A DNA stretch of 64,000 nt from Eubacteriales bacterium (lineage in GTDB: Bacteria > Bacillota > Clostridia > Oscillospirales > CAG-272), in NCBI GenBank assembly GCA_045611965.1, contig JAZKYE010000012.1, positions 68,204 to 132,203 on the forward strand, read 5' to 3'. Positions 28,242 through 36,542 of the stretch are shown one piece after another. The position numbers were made by a program, and so were the translations under genes. The notes beneath the pieces are model-generated. The model was given only the letters and a program-made list of their open reading frames with translations. It did no database searches and had not been told where the DNA came from. How positions within the stretch are numbered: position 1 is the stretch's first letter; each line of letters opens with the position of its first letter.

Positions 28242-28270
28242 TTGAAAAGCTATAAGGAATGTGATAAAAT
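28242..28270 (+). promoter_or_regulatory. sigma-A type promoter of the small membrane-protein gene
   Basis: TTGAAA (28242-28247), 17 nt, TAAAAT (28265-28270) with an upstream TG. This puts the listed ATG 28274 at or before the transcription start. Confidence 0.5.
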
Positions 28271-28300
28271 ACAATGGTGAATAAAAGACGGAGGAAAAAT

Positions 28301-28696
28301 ATGAGCCAACTTAAAAAATTTACTTACCACACCGCCCTTTACACAACCTTAATTACGCTGGTGTTTTATATATTTGCCCTGGTTCTCGGACTTCCTGAAC
28401 AAAGCATCGGCATCGGACGTTTCCTCGTCCTCTTATCCTTCTCAATGATAATCTCGGTTGCCGAATATATTTTTGATATAAAATCGCTTAAGCTCACAGT
28501 AAAATATCTCGTCCATTATTCGTCGCTGTTTCTTGTATTTTTCTTCGTTTTTCTTTCGGTAAGATTTGAGGGCGGAAGCTCGCTTTCACTTCCATTTGTT
28601 TTCACCTGCTGGTTTATTTTTACAGTTTCTTACATCCTTGTTGCGCTTATCTTAAACGCTGTGAAGAAAAGATTTTCAAAGCAAAACAAGACATAA
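28301..28696 (+). CDS. Hypothetical small integral membrane protein (4 predicted TM helices)
   Basis: GGAGG RBS 6 nt before ATG 28301 (MSQLKKF...). Four hydrophobic stretches. No family recognised. Confidence 0.6.
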   Translation: MSQLKKFTYHTALYTTLITLVFYIFALVLGLPEQSIGIGRFLVLLSFSMIISVAEYIFDIKSLKLTVKYLVHYSSLFLVFFFVFLSVRFEGGSSLSLPFVFTCWFIFTVSYILVALILNAVKKRFSKQNKT

Positions 28697-28835
28697 GGCC
28701 ATGTGGCCATAAGGAACAAACATCACTTTCTGCCTCAATTTAAATTGCTCATTTTAGTTTTTTATCGTTTTGTAGCAAAAAAACAGCAAGGGATATTTTG
28801 CAAAAGAAAGTCATGCGGAATATCTATAAATTTAC

Positions 28836-28864
28836 TTGACAAACTCGCGCTTGCGTGTTATAAT
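28836..28864 (+). promoter_or_regulatory. Consensus sigma-A promoter of tRNA-Leu
   Basis: TTGACA (28836-28841), 17 nt, TATAAT (28859-28864), about 30 nt upstream of the tRNA 5' end. Confidence 0.7.
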
Positions 28865-28898
28865 TTACAAGGTGCTCTTTGTAGGACAATTACAGTCT

Positions 28899-28982
28899 GC
28901 GGGTGTGGCGGAATTGGCAGACGCGCTGGACTTAGGATCCAGTGGGCTTCCCATGCAGGTTCGACCCCTGTCACCCGCACCA
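28899..28982 (+). tRNA. tRNA-Leu (anticodon UAG), type II with long variable arm, CCA encoded
   Basis: Acceptor GCGGGTG/CACCCGC; anticodon arm CTGGA-CTTAGGA-TCCAG; T-loop TTCGACC; 3' ACCA. Confidence 0.93.
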
Positions 28983-28983
28983 A

Positions 28984-29015
28984 AAAAATCCTGCATTTTC
29001 CATGCAGGATTTTTT
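28984..29015 (+). terminator. tRNA-Leu terminator
   Basis: AAAAATCCTGCAT-TTTCC-ATGCAGGATTTTT. Confidence 0.8.
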
Positions 29016-29057
29016 CTCTTTTATTCGATATTTTTAATGCTACTGTGAGGCAAAAAA

Positions 29058-30137
29058 ATGAACGAAAACAAGCATAAATTTAAAATAGGCGCGTATATAC
29101 TTTGGACTGCGCTTACTGTATTTATACTCGCTCTGATACTTTCCTTTAACGATATAGGTGAGATATTCAAGGTCATCTCAACCGTTAATTTTAAGTACAT
29201 CCTTTACGCGTTGCTTTGTATTCTTATCTATATGGCGCTCTATCCCCTATCTCTATGTATTCTCACCAAGGCGCGTGGATGTGATATAAAAATGACTACC
29301 ACCTACAACATAGCAATGACCGAGCATTTCTTCAACGGCGTAACACCGTTTGCTACGGGTGGACAGCCCTTTCAGGCATATGCTTATAGCAAGGCGAAGG
29401 TAACGCCCTCTGAATCCACCTCGCTTTTGCTTATGAATTTTCTTGTATTTATGCTTGTTACAAATTCATTTGCGGCATTAGCGCTTATATACTTTGAACG
29501 CTTCGTTACCGATTCGGCTATGACTATAATAGCAATTATAGGCTTCACGATGAATTTTACGGTCCTTGCTGTCACCTTTGCGCTTGGAAACAGTAAAATC
29601 GCACGAGGTATTCTAACAAGATTTATTGATTTTCTTCTGAAATTCAAATGGATAGCCAAGCTTCTCGCGCCTAAAGCGCCCGAGCTCAAACAGTATTTCG
29701 TCAATGTTCAAGAGGCATTTACAGACCTGCGAAAAAAATGGGGCGCGTTTATACTCGCCTTTATCACCAAGGCCGCATCAATGCTTTTTTATTACGCTAC
29801 TACCTACTTCATACTTCACGCATTCGGTGTCGGTGTAGATATTTCTGATCTTTTCTTCGTTATCTGCGGAACCTCATTTGCCATAACTATGGTGGTATTT
29901 CTGCCGACGCCAGGCTCAAGCGGCGGTATCGAGTTTGCGTTTCAGTCAATATTTGCATCTATCGCTTCGAGTGCGGCGGTAATTTCCTACGGCGGAATGC
30001 TCGTATGGCGTCTTTTGACCTATTACCTCGTGATGCTTATATCGCTCGGCTTTTATGTTGCTCTTGAAATAGGCTTTTCTAAAAAAAGAAAGGAACTGAC
30101 GACTGATGAGAAGAATTCCGATAGTTTACTTCGGTAA
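29058..30137 (+). CDS. UPF0104 / lysyl-PG-synthase-TM-like (flippase-like) membrane protein
   Basis: About 8 TM helices. Family motifs FFNGVTPFATGGQPFQAY and LPTPGSSGGIEFAF. Confidence 0.75.
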   Translation: MNENKHKFKIGAYILWTALTVFILALILSFNDIGEIFKVISTVNFKYILYALLCILIYMALYPLSLCILTKARGCDIKMTTTYNIAMTEHFFNGVTPFATGGQPFQAYAYSKAKVTPSESTSLLLMNFLVFMLVTNSFAALALIYFERFVTDSAMTIIAIIGFTMNFTVLAVTFALGNSKIARGILTRFIDFLLKFKWIAKLLAPKAPELKQYFVNVQEAFTDLRKKWGAFILAFITKAASMLFYYATTYFILHAFGVGVDISDLFFVICGTSFAITMVVFLPTPGSSGGIEFAFQSIFASIASSAAVISYGGMLVWRLLTYYLVMLISLGFYVALEIGFSKKRKELTTDEKNSDSLLR

Positions 30138-30945
30138 CCGCAAAATATTCGGCGGCATCCTTATGTCCGTAATGTCAGTAATCGACAAGACTAATGCGCC
30201 TGTTGATCTTATTCTGCTTACAATGGATCTTACCGATAAAAATCCTGCCTTTCTTCCATTCACTGAAGAACAAAGATGCGTAGCAGAGAGTGTGCTTAAG
30301 CAAGTCAATGCAGACAGCACCGCAAGTATTATTGATGTTACTGACCTTCAGAAAAAATATTTCAGCAAGGCGAAAAACCAGAAGAATTCCTACACCCCTT
30401 ACGCATCAATAAGACTTTTTCTTGACCTTCTTTCAGTACCTGATAAGGTTATTTATCTTGATGCGGATATTATGTGTCTTTCCGACCTTGGCGAGCTTTA
30501 CGATATTGATATTTCGGATTACGAATTTGCGGCAGTTCAGGACATCGTCGGCAGACGCTTTTTCGGCAAGCGCTACTGCAATTCCGGGGCGCTTCTCTTA
30601 AATCTTGCTAAAATCAAAGAAACAAGCCTATTTGAAAAGGCGCGAATAAGAGTCAGAGATAGATTTATGCTGATGCCCGATCAATCGGCAATAAACTTTC
30701 TCTCGGTTGCAAAACTTGTGCTCCCCTATCGCTACAATGAGCAGCGCGCTATAAAGGACGATACAGTACTTAAACACTTTTGTATGGGATACAAGTGGAA
30801 GGGACCTATCCTTACCTCTTACAACTACAAGCAATGGCACAGAGATGCTGTGCACAAGGCAGGCATCTATAATTTCGATCACATATACGAAAGCTTTGAT
30901 AAATTGCTTGAATCGCTTGATGATAAAAGTTTAATTAATATTTGA
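30106..30945 (+). CDS. Glycosyltransferase family 8 (retaining, LgtC/GspA-like)
   Basis: VIYLDADIMCL (DxD); NSGALLLNL; PDQSAIN. Overlaps the upstream membrane gene by 32 nt. Confidence 0.8.
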   Translation: MRRIPIVYFGNRKIFGGILMSVMSVIDKTNAPVDLILLTMDLTDKNPAFLPFTEEQRCVAESVLKQVNADSTASIIDVTDLQKKYFSKAKNQKNSYTPYASIRLFLDLLSVPDKVIYLDADIMCLSDLGELYDIDISDYEFAAVQDIVGRRFFGKRYCNSGALLLNLAKIKETSLFEKARIRVRDRFMLMPDQSAINFLSVAKLVLPYRYNEQRAIKDDTVLKHFCMGYKWKGPILTSYNYKQWHRDAVHKAGIYNFDHIYESFDKLLESLDDKSLINI

Positions 30946-30949
30946 CATA

Positions 30950-30986
30950 AAAAATGGCAATGTGCGTTTTGCACATTGCCATTTTT
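30950..30986. terminator. Bidirectional terminator between GT8 (+) and ABC-F (-)
   Basis: AAAAATGGCAATGTGC-GTTTT-GCACATTGCCATTTTT, a 12-bp GC-containing stem. Confidence 0.8.
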
Positions 30987-30987
30987 A

Positions 30988-32589
30988 TTATTTTTGCTCA
31001 AGATTTCTCTTGTATTCAAGATATTCCTCGTAGGTGCACTGCTTATCAGTGTAGCTACCGTCAGGATGAATTTCTATAATTCTATTAGCAACAGTATTGA
31101 GAATCTCATAGTCGTGAGAGGTAAAGAGTATATTTCCGCGGAAGCTTTGCATACCGTGGTTTACTGCCGTGATAGATTCAAGGTCGAGGTGGTCCGTAGG
31201 CTGGTCTATTATAAGCATATTAGAGCCGAAGAGCATCATTCTTGAAAACATACATCTGACCTTCTCACCACCTGACAAAACGTTTACAGGCTTAAATACA
31301 GCATCGTTTGAGAAAAGCATCTTTCCAAGGAAGCCGCGAAGATAGGTTTCGGTCTGATCCTTTGAGTATCTTCTCATCCAATCGAGAATGCTGTCGGTGC
31401 AGCCCTCAAAATAAGGCGTATTGTCGTGCGGGAAGTAAGAGGTAGTGATTGACACACCAAACTTAAATTCGCCGCTGTCGGCACTTTCCTCTTCCATAAG
31501 CACACGGAAAAGGCTTGTCAGGGCAAGCTCGTTACCGAGGAAGGCAATCTTATCATCCTTCATTACGCGGAAGTTAAGATTTTTAAAGAGCACCTTTCCG
31601 TCAACACTCTTACTTAACGAATCAACAAAGAGTATTTCCTTGCCTGCCTCTCTGTCCATATCAAAGCCGATAAAGGGATAGCGACGGCTCGACGCAGGCA
31701 ATTCCTCAACGGTAAGCTTATCAAGAAGCTTTCTTCTCGACGTAGCCTGACGGGATTTTGATTTATTTGCAGAGAAGCGGGATATAAAGCTCTGAAGCTC
31801 GGCAATCTTTTCCTCGTTCTTCTTATTCTGCTGCTTAATCATTCTCTGAATAAGCTGGCTTGACTCATACCAGAATTCATAGTTACCAACGTACATTTTA
31901 ATGCCGTTGTAGTCGATATCAACGATATTGGTACACACGTCATTAAGGAAGTGACGGTCGTGCGATACAACGAGAACCGTACCGAAATAATCGGCAAGGA
32001 AATTTTCAAGCCAAAGAACGGCATCAATATCAAGACCGTTGGTAGGCTCGTCAAGCAGAATGATATCGGGGTTGCCGAAAAGAGCCTGCGCGAGAAGCAC
32101 CTTAACCTTTTCACTTTCCTTCAGGGTTGACATCATATCATAAAGAACTGTGTCGGAAAGTCCAAGACCCTGAATGAGCTTTGACGCATCACTCTCTGCT
32201 TCCCATCCGTTAAGCTCGGCAAACTCTGCTTCAAGGTCAGCGGCGCGGATTCCGTCCTCATCGCTGAAATCCTCTTTTGCGTAAAGAGCGTCCTTTTCCT
32301 TCATAATTTCATAAAGACGCATATTGCCCATAATTACGGTATCGAGCACCGTATAGCTCTCATATGCGAAGTGATCCTGCTTTAGAACAGACATACGAAC
32401 TGTTTTAGGGATCGAGACCTCACCCTTCGTAGGCTGCAATTCTCCGCACAATATGCGAAGAAACGTTGACTTTCCTGCGCCATTTGCGCCAATTATTCCG
32501 TAACAGTTGCCAGGGGTAAATTTTAAATCAACATCCTTAAACAACAGCTGTCCGCCAAACTGAAATGATACGTTACTTACTGTAATCAT
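30988..32589 (-). CDS. ABC-F family ATPase, YbiT-like, with a degenerate second nucleotide-binding site
   Basis: No TM domain. NBD1 is canonical: GANGAGKST, ILLDEPTNGLD, VSHD. The interdomain linker is K/R-rich. NBD2 has Walker A GNELALTS (no GK[ST]), signature LSGGEKVR, Walker B LIIDQPTDHLD and H-loop TSHD. Confidence 0.85.
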   Translation of the reverse strand: MITVSNVSFQFGGQLLFKDVDLKFTPGNCYGIIGANGAGKSTFLRILCGELQPTKGEVSIPKTVRMSVLKQDHFAYESYTVLDTVIMGNMRLYEIMKEKDALYAKEDFSDEDGIRAADLEAEFAELNGWEAESDASKLIQGLGLSDTVLYDMMSTLKESEKVKVLLAQALFGNPDIILLDEPTNGLDIDAVLWLENFLADYFGTVLVVSHDRHFLNDVCTNIVDIDYNGIKMYVGNYEFWYESSQLIQRMIKQQNKKNEEKIAELQSFISRFSANKSKSRQATSRRKLLDKLTVEELPASSRRYPFIGFDMDREAGKEILFVDSLSKSVDGKVLFKNLNFRVMKDDKIAFLGNELALTSLFRVLMEEESADSGEFKFGVSITTSYFPHDNTPYFEGCTDSILDWMRRYSKDQTETYLRGFLGKMLFSNDAVFKPVNVLSGGEKVRCMFSRMMLFGSNMLIIDQPTDHLDLESITAVNHGMQSFRGNILFTSHDYEILNTVANRIIEIHPDGSYTDKQCTYEEYLEYKRNLEQK

Positions 32590-33389
32590 AATTTCTCCAT
32601 CAAAATATCGTTGTATATTTCTTTAACACTCGGGTATATATAAGTGGGCTTTGTATCGGAATTTTCTGCATCCTCAACCGTGCCCTCGCCGCTGAGGACG
32701 AGTATAGTATCAATTCCTGCGTTATAGCCTGATGCAATATCGGTATATACCCTATCGCCGATCATCACACACTCTTGCTTATCATATCCGTACTTTTCAA
32801 GGCAAAGCAGAAGCATCTCGGGGCGCGGCTTGCCGATGAATACGGGTGACTTTTTCGTTGCGCTTTCAATTATACTTGCAAAAGAGCCGCAATCGGGAAC
32901 GTATCCGTAAGCGGTGGGGCAAACCCAGTCAGGATTAGTCGCAATATACGGAATATCACCCGATGAAAGCAAGCGACACGCATCGTCAAGCTTTTTAAAG
33001 GTAATTTCCTGATCGTTTGTAAGTATAACACCGCCGATACCGTCACAAAGCTCTGTCGTTACCCTGACACCGTATCCCGTCATAGCTTTAAAAAAGGATG
33101 CTGTGCCAACAGAATAAAAGAGCGTGTCGGGATAATTGTTTAAAATATAAAGAGCTGTCGCTTCAGTAGAGGTAAGAAAGCTGTTTTCATCAGACTCTAT
33201 ACCAAGTCGAGAGAGCTTTTTTACATAATCCGAAACACCCTTTGACGAGTTGTTTGTAACAAACAGATATCTTCCACCGGAGCGCTTAATGTAATCAAGC
33301 AGCTGATGAGTTCCGTCAAAAACTATATCGTCAAGGTACAAGGTGCCGTCCATATCGAATAAAAACAGCTTTTTTTCAGATAATTTCAT
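32586..33389 (-). CDS. HAD-IIA family phosphatase (NagD/YutF-like)
   Basis: Motif I LFLFDMDGTLY; TNNSS; GKP; GDR.YTDI. Start at ATG 33389 (MKLSEKK). Overlaps the ABC-F gene by 4 nt. Confidence 0.8.
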   Translation of the reverse strand: MKLSEKKLFLFDMDGTLYLDDIVFDGTHQLLDYIKRSGGRYLFVTNNSSKGVSDYVKKLSRLGIESDENSFLTSTEATALYILNNYPDTLFYSVGTASFFKAMTGYGVRVTTELCDGIGGVILTNDQEITFKKLDDACRLLSSGDIPYIATNPDWVCPTAYGYVPDCGSFASIIESATKKSPVFIGKPRPEMLLLCLEKYGYDKQECVMIGDRVYTDIASGYNAGIDTILVLSGEGTVEDAENSDTKPTYIYPSVKEIYNDILMEKL

Positions 33390-33427
33390 AAGAATCACCC
33401 ATTTTTTTAAATATTTATCCAATACAA

Positions 33428-33468
33428 AAAGCACTTATGAAGGAATGATTTAAAATCATAAGTGCTTT
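33428..33468 (-). terminator. galE terminator
   Basis: Minus strand: AAAGCACTTATGA ... TCATAAGTGCTTT followed by TTGTATT. Confidence 0.65.
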
Positions 33469-33489
33469 CGTAGCATTTTTAAATAACCC

Positions 33490-34509
33490 TTAATCGTCAG
33501 GATATCCGTCGGGGTTCATTCTCTGCCATCTTGCAGAGTCCTCACACATCTTGCGAAGATCGCGCTTTGCTTCCCAGCCAAGAATATTTTTTGCCTTAGT
33601 AGGATCAGCATAGCACTTTGCAACGTCACCGGGACGTCTGGGTGCAATCTTGTACTTGACATCAGATCCCCAAGCCTCGCTGAATGCGCGAACCATCTCA
33701 AGAACCGAATAGCCGTTACCCGTACCGACGTTGAAGTAGTCTATTCCCTTTGTATCCTTTGTATAATCAAGCGCCTTAAGGTGAGCAAGCGCTAAGTCAA
33801 CTACGTGGATATAGTCACGGACACCGGTTCCGTCAGGGGTGTCATAATCGTCACCGAATACACTAAGGCACTCAAGTTTGCCTGCCGCAACGCGCGCAAT
33901 ATAAGGAAGAAGATTATTCGGAATACCTCTGGGATCCTCACCCATAGTACCGCTCTCGTGTGCACCGATAGGATTGAAGTAACGAAGAATACATACTGAA
34001 AGGTCGGGGTTAGCAGCAGTACAGTCCGCGAGAATTCTCTCTATCATAAGCTTCGTTTCGCCATAGGGGTTTGTAGTAGAAAGCGGAAAATCCTCAGAAA
34101 TCGGAACGGTCTTGGGATATCCGTAAACGGTGGCAGACGAGCTGAATACTATTCTGTTGACACCGTACTTCTGCATGCAGTCAACAAGGTTAAATGTACC
34201 GGTAAGATTATTGTGATAATATTTAAGCGGCTTCTGGCAGGATTCACCAACTGCTTTAAGACCTGCAAAATGAATTACAGAATCAATTTCAGGGTTCTCG
34301 GAAAATACCTTATCAAGAAGGTCCTTGTCAAGAAGGTCGCACTTGATAAATTTAGGCCTTCTTCCGCAAATAGCCTCAATTCTGTCAAGAACGCAAAGCT
34401 TACTGTTGTCAAGGTTATCAACGATAACAACGTCCGCACCGATATTAAGAAGCTCAACAACTGTATGAGAGCCGATATAACCTGTTCCACCTGTTACCAA
34501 AATAGACAT
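33490..34509 (-). CDS. galE: UDP-glucose 4-epimerase
   Basis: MSILVTGGTGYIGSH; SSSATVYG; YGETKLMIE (YxxxK). Start at ATG 34509 with an AGGAGAAC RBS; the listed 34602 start adds an implausible 31-aa extension. Confidence 0.93.
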   Translation of the reverse strand: MSILVTGGTGYIGSHTVVELLNIGADVVIVDNLDNSKLCVLDRIEAICGRRPKFIKCDLLDKDLLDKVFSENPEIDSVIHFAGLKAVGESCQKPLKYYHNNLTGTFNLVDCMQKYGVNRIVFSSSATVYGYPKTVPISEDFPLSTTNPYGETKLMIERILADCTAANPDLSVCILRYFNPIGAHESGTMGEDPRGIPNNLLPYIARVAAGKLECLSVFGDDYDTPDGTGVRDYIHVVDLALAHLKALDYTKDTKGIDYFNVGTGNGYSVLEMVRAFSEAWGSDVKYKIAPRRPGDVAKCYADPTKAKNILGWEAKRDLRKMCEDSARWQRMNPDGYPDD

Positions 34510-34604
34510 AATGTTCTCCTTAGTCGCTAATTTTCGTAAAAAAAAGCGAAAAATACAAAATTTAAAACAAAAAAGAGCAGACGAGCCACTCTTTTTTGAC
34601 AATA

Positions 34605-34883
34605 TTAGTCAGCGTAAACGCTAACCTGCTTCTTACCGCCGGTAACGTGCTCAAACTTAACCTTACCGCTGATAAGCGCAAAAAGAGTATCATCCGAGCC
34701 GATACCAACATTGTTGCCGGGACGAATCTTAGTTCCGCGCTGTCTTACAATGATGTTACCTGCAAGAACAGACTGTCCGTCTGCCTTCTTAACACCAAGA
34801 CGCTTAGATTCGGAATCACGGCCGTTTTTAGTAGAACCAACGCCCTTTTTATGAGCGAAGTATTGTAAACTAATCTTAAGCAT
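34605..34883 (-). CDS. rpmA: 50S ribosomal protein L27 with cleavable N-terminal propeptide
   Basis: [10 protein letters not shown]|[31 protein letters not shown] 7 nt before ATG 34883. Confidence 0.96.
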   Translation of the reverse strand: MLKISLQYFAHKKGVGSTKNGRDSESKRLGVKKADGQSVLAGNIIVRQRGTKIRPGNNVGIGSDDTLFALISGKVKFEHVTGGKKQVSVYAD

Positions 34884-34928
34884 TGTAGTACCTCCTAACA
34901 TTTTTGGCATAAAGCCACAAATTGATGA

Positions 34929-35285
34929 TTATATTTCCCGCTCAACCTCTTTTACGTCAAGGTATTCATAATAATCCTCAACGAGGTCCATAAGCTGGAA
35001 ATAATAAGCCTGAATAAGTCCTGAAACCGCAAACTGCTTCTTCTCATCAGCCTCATACTTGGGCAATGCAGATTTTATGATAACGGTAGAATCCGCATCA
35101 TTCTCTGAAAAGCTGTAATCAACCGTAGATGCGTAGCAAACCTCACAAGCATTAACGATAAGCATCGTCATTGACGATAATGCCGCACAGACTATATCCT
35201 GTCCTGCCTCGTCAAAGCCCGTGTGTCCCTTTTCCTCAAAGCCGTAATAAATGCCGCCTGACTTATAAAAAGTAACCGTAGTCAT
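34929..35285 (-). CDS. prp: Ribosomal-processing cysteine protease Prp (YsxB family)
   Basis: GHTGFDEAGQDIVCAALS (catalytic His/Cys dyad context). Sits between rplU and rpmA. Confidence 0.9.
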   Translation of the reverse strand: MTTVTFYKSGGIYYGFEEKGHTGFDEAGQDIVCAALSSMTMLIVNACEVCYASTVDYSFSENDADSTVIIKSALPKYEADEKKQFAVSGLIQAYYFQLMDLVEDYYEYLDVKEVEREI

Positions 35286-35290
35286 CGAGC

Positions 35291-35599
35291 TTAGCCTTCG
35301 ATCTTCTCTATCTGGATCTTGGTATAATCCTGACGGTGTCCAATCTTCTTCTTCTCGTTCTTCTTTGCCTTGTACTTGATAACGTCGATCTTCTTGGACT
35401 TACCGTTCTTAACGACATTAGCAACTACGGTAGCACCCTCTACGTAAGGAGTACCAACCGACAAAGTCTCACCGCTTACAGCAAGTACCTTGTCAAATGT
35501 AACCTTCTCGCCCTCAGCAACGCCAAGCTTCTCAACGAAGATAACGTCACCCTCAGCAACCTTGTACTGCTTTCCGCCTGTTACGAAAATTGCAAACAT
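35291..35599 (-). CDS. rplU: 50S ribosomal protein L21
   Basis: [17 protein letters not shown]...EKL. Start at ATG 35599 (GAGAGGTG RBS), not the listed 35683. Confidence 0.96.
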   Translation of the reverse strand: MFAIFVTGGKQYKVAEGDVIFVEKLGVAEGEKVTFDKVLAVSGETLSVGTPYVEGATVVANVVKNGKSKKIDVIKYKAKKNEKKKIGHRQDYTKIQIEKIEG

Positions 35600-35715
35600 G
35601 AAACAGCACCTCTCTTTCAATAAATTCGCTACGGTAGGCGATGGCAAACAGCCACACTTCACGAGCCTAACAATAAGCGTCAAGATATTTTATCACATAC
35701 GCGCATGTTTGTCAA
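35600..35715 (-). promoter_or_regulatory. Promoter plus ~85-nt structured leader of the rplU-prp-rpmA operon (position of the Firmicute L21 leader)
   Basis: Minus strand: TTGACA (35715-35710), 17 nt, TAAAAT (35692-35687) with TG extension. The leader contains GGCTGTTTGCC-type hairpins. The match to the Rfam L21_leader model was not verified. Confidence 0.5.
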
Positions 35716-35775
35716 GCATTTTTTCTCTAAATTTCAAATATTTTTCAAATTTTAAAAAATGCCTGACAAAACACG

Positions 35776-35803
35776 AAAAAGGGTTGTGAAATCAACCCTT
35801 TTT
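35776..35803 (-). terminator. efp terminator
   Basis: Minus strand: AAAAAGGGTTG-ATTTCA-CAACCCTTTTT. Confidence 0.8.
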
Positions 35804-35816
35804 CAATAGTTTTTAA

Positions 35817-36374
35817 TTAAACTCTTTCAACGTAGGTGCCGGTTCTGGTATCAATCTTAAGAACGTCACCCTCGTTGATGAAGATCGGAACTCTAACGGT
35901 AGCGCCGGTTTCAAGCGTAGCTTCCTTAGTAACGTTAGTAGCGGTATCGCCCTTTACGCCGGGCTCGGTCTCAGTAACCTCAAGCTCAACGAATGTGGGG
36001 GGATCTACCGAGAATACGCTACCCTTCCAAGAGGAAATACGGCAAACGGTATTTTCCTTTACAAACTTGAAGTTGTCATCAAGCTTCTCTGCATTAAGGG
36101 GAACCTGCTCGTAGGTTTCCTGATCCATAAAATAGTAAAGCTCGCCGTCGTTGTAGATGTACTCGAGATCCTTTCTCTCGATAACAGCATTCTCAAACTT
36201 AGCCGTGGGGTTGAACGAGGTCTCGCGAATAGCGCCGGTAACAACGTCCTTGTACTTAGTTCTAACGAATGCAGCACCCTTACCGGGCTTAACGTGCTGG
36301 AACTCAACTACCTGATAAACCTTACCCTCCATCTCGAAGGTAAGACCGTTTCTGAAATCACCTGCTGTAACCAT
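35817..36374 (-). CDS. efp: Elongation factor P
   Basis: [16 protein letters not shown] (KPGKG loop); 185 aa; three OB-like domains. Confidence 0.96.
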   Translation of the reverse strand: MVTAGDFRNGLTFEMEGKVYQVVEFQHVKPGKGAAFVRTKYKDVVTGAIRETSFNPTAKFENAVIERKDLEYIYNDGELYYFMDQETYEQVPLNAEKLDDNFKFVKENTVCRISSWKGSVFSVDPPTFVELEVTETEPGVKGDTATNVTKEATLETGATVRVPIFINEGDVLKIDTRTGTYVERV

Positions 36375-36464
36375 TTTAAATCTCCTTGGCGTAAAATTCT
36401 GTTTTCAGGCAATTCGTCCGCCAAAACGACGCCCTAATGTCGAACACATTATTTCCTGCGATAT

Positions 36465-36493
36465 ATTTTACTATATTTTTCCGAGTTTTGCAA
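36465..36493 (-). promoter_or_regulatory. sigma-A type promoter of efp
   Basis: Minus strand: TTGCAA (36493-36488), 17 nt, TAAAAT (36470-36465). This leaves a ~90-nt 5' UTR. Confidence 0.5.
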
Positions 36494-36542
36494 TAGGTAT
36501 TTGAAATATTTTTTGCTAAAATCTTATTCTTTTGCGTGAAAA

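Noticed and set aside
28703-29077. ORFs of 124 aa (28703-29077) and 70 aa (28836-29048).
   Set aside because: They run straight through the tRNA-Leu promoter, the tRNA gene and its terminator. The RNA gene explains the region.
28899-30986. Integrated mobile element at tRNA-Leu.
   Set aside because: There is no integrase, excisionase or phage gene. By eye there is no direct repeat of the tRNA 3' end at the far boundary. It is kept only as a compositional island finding.
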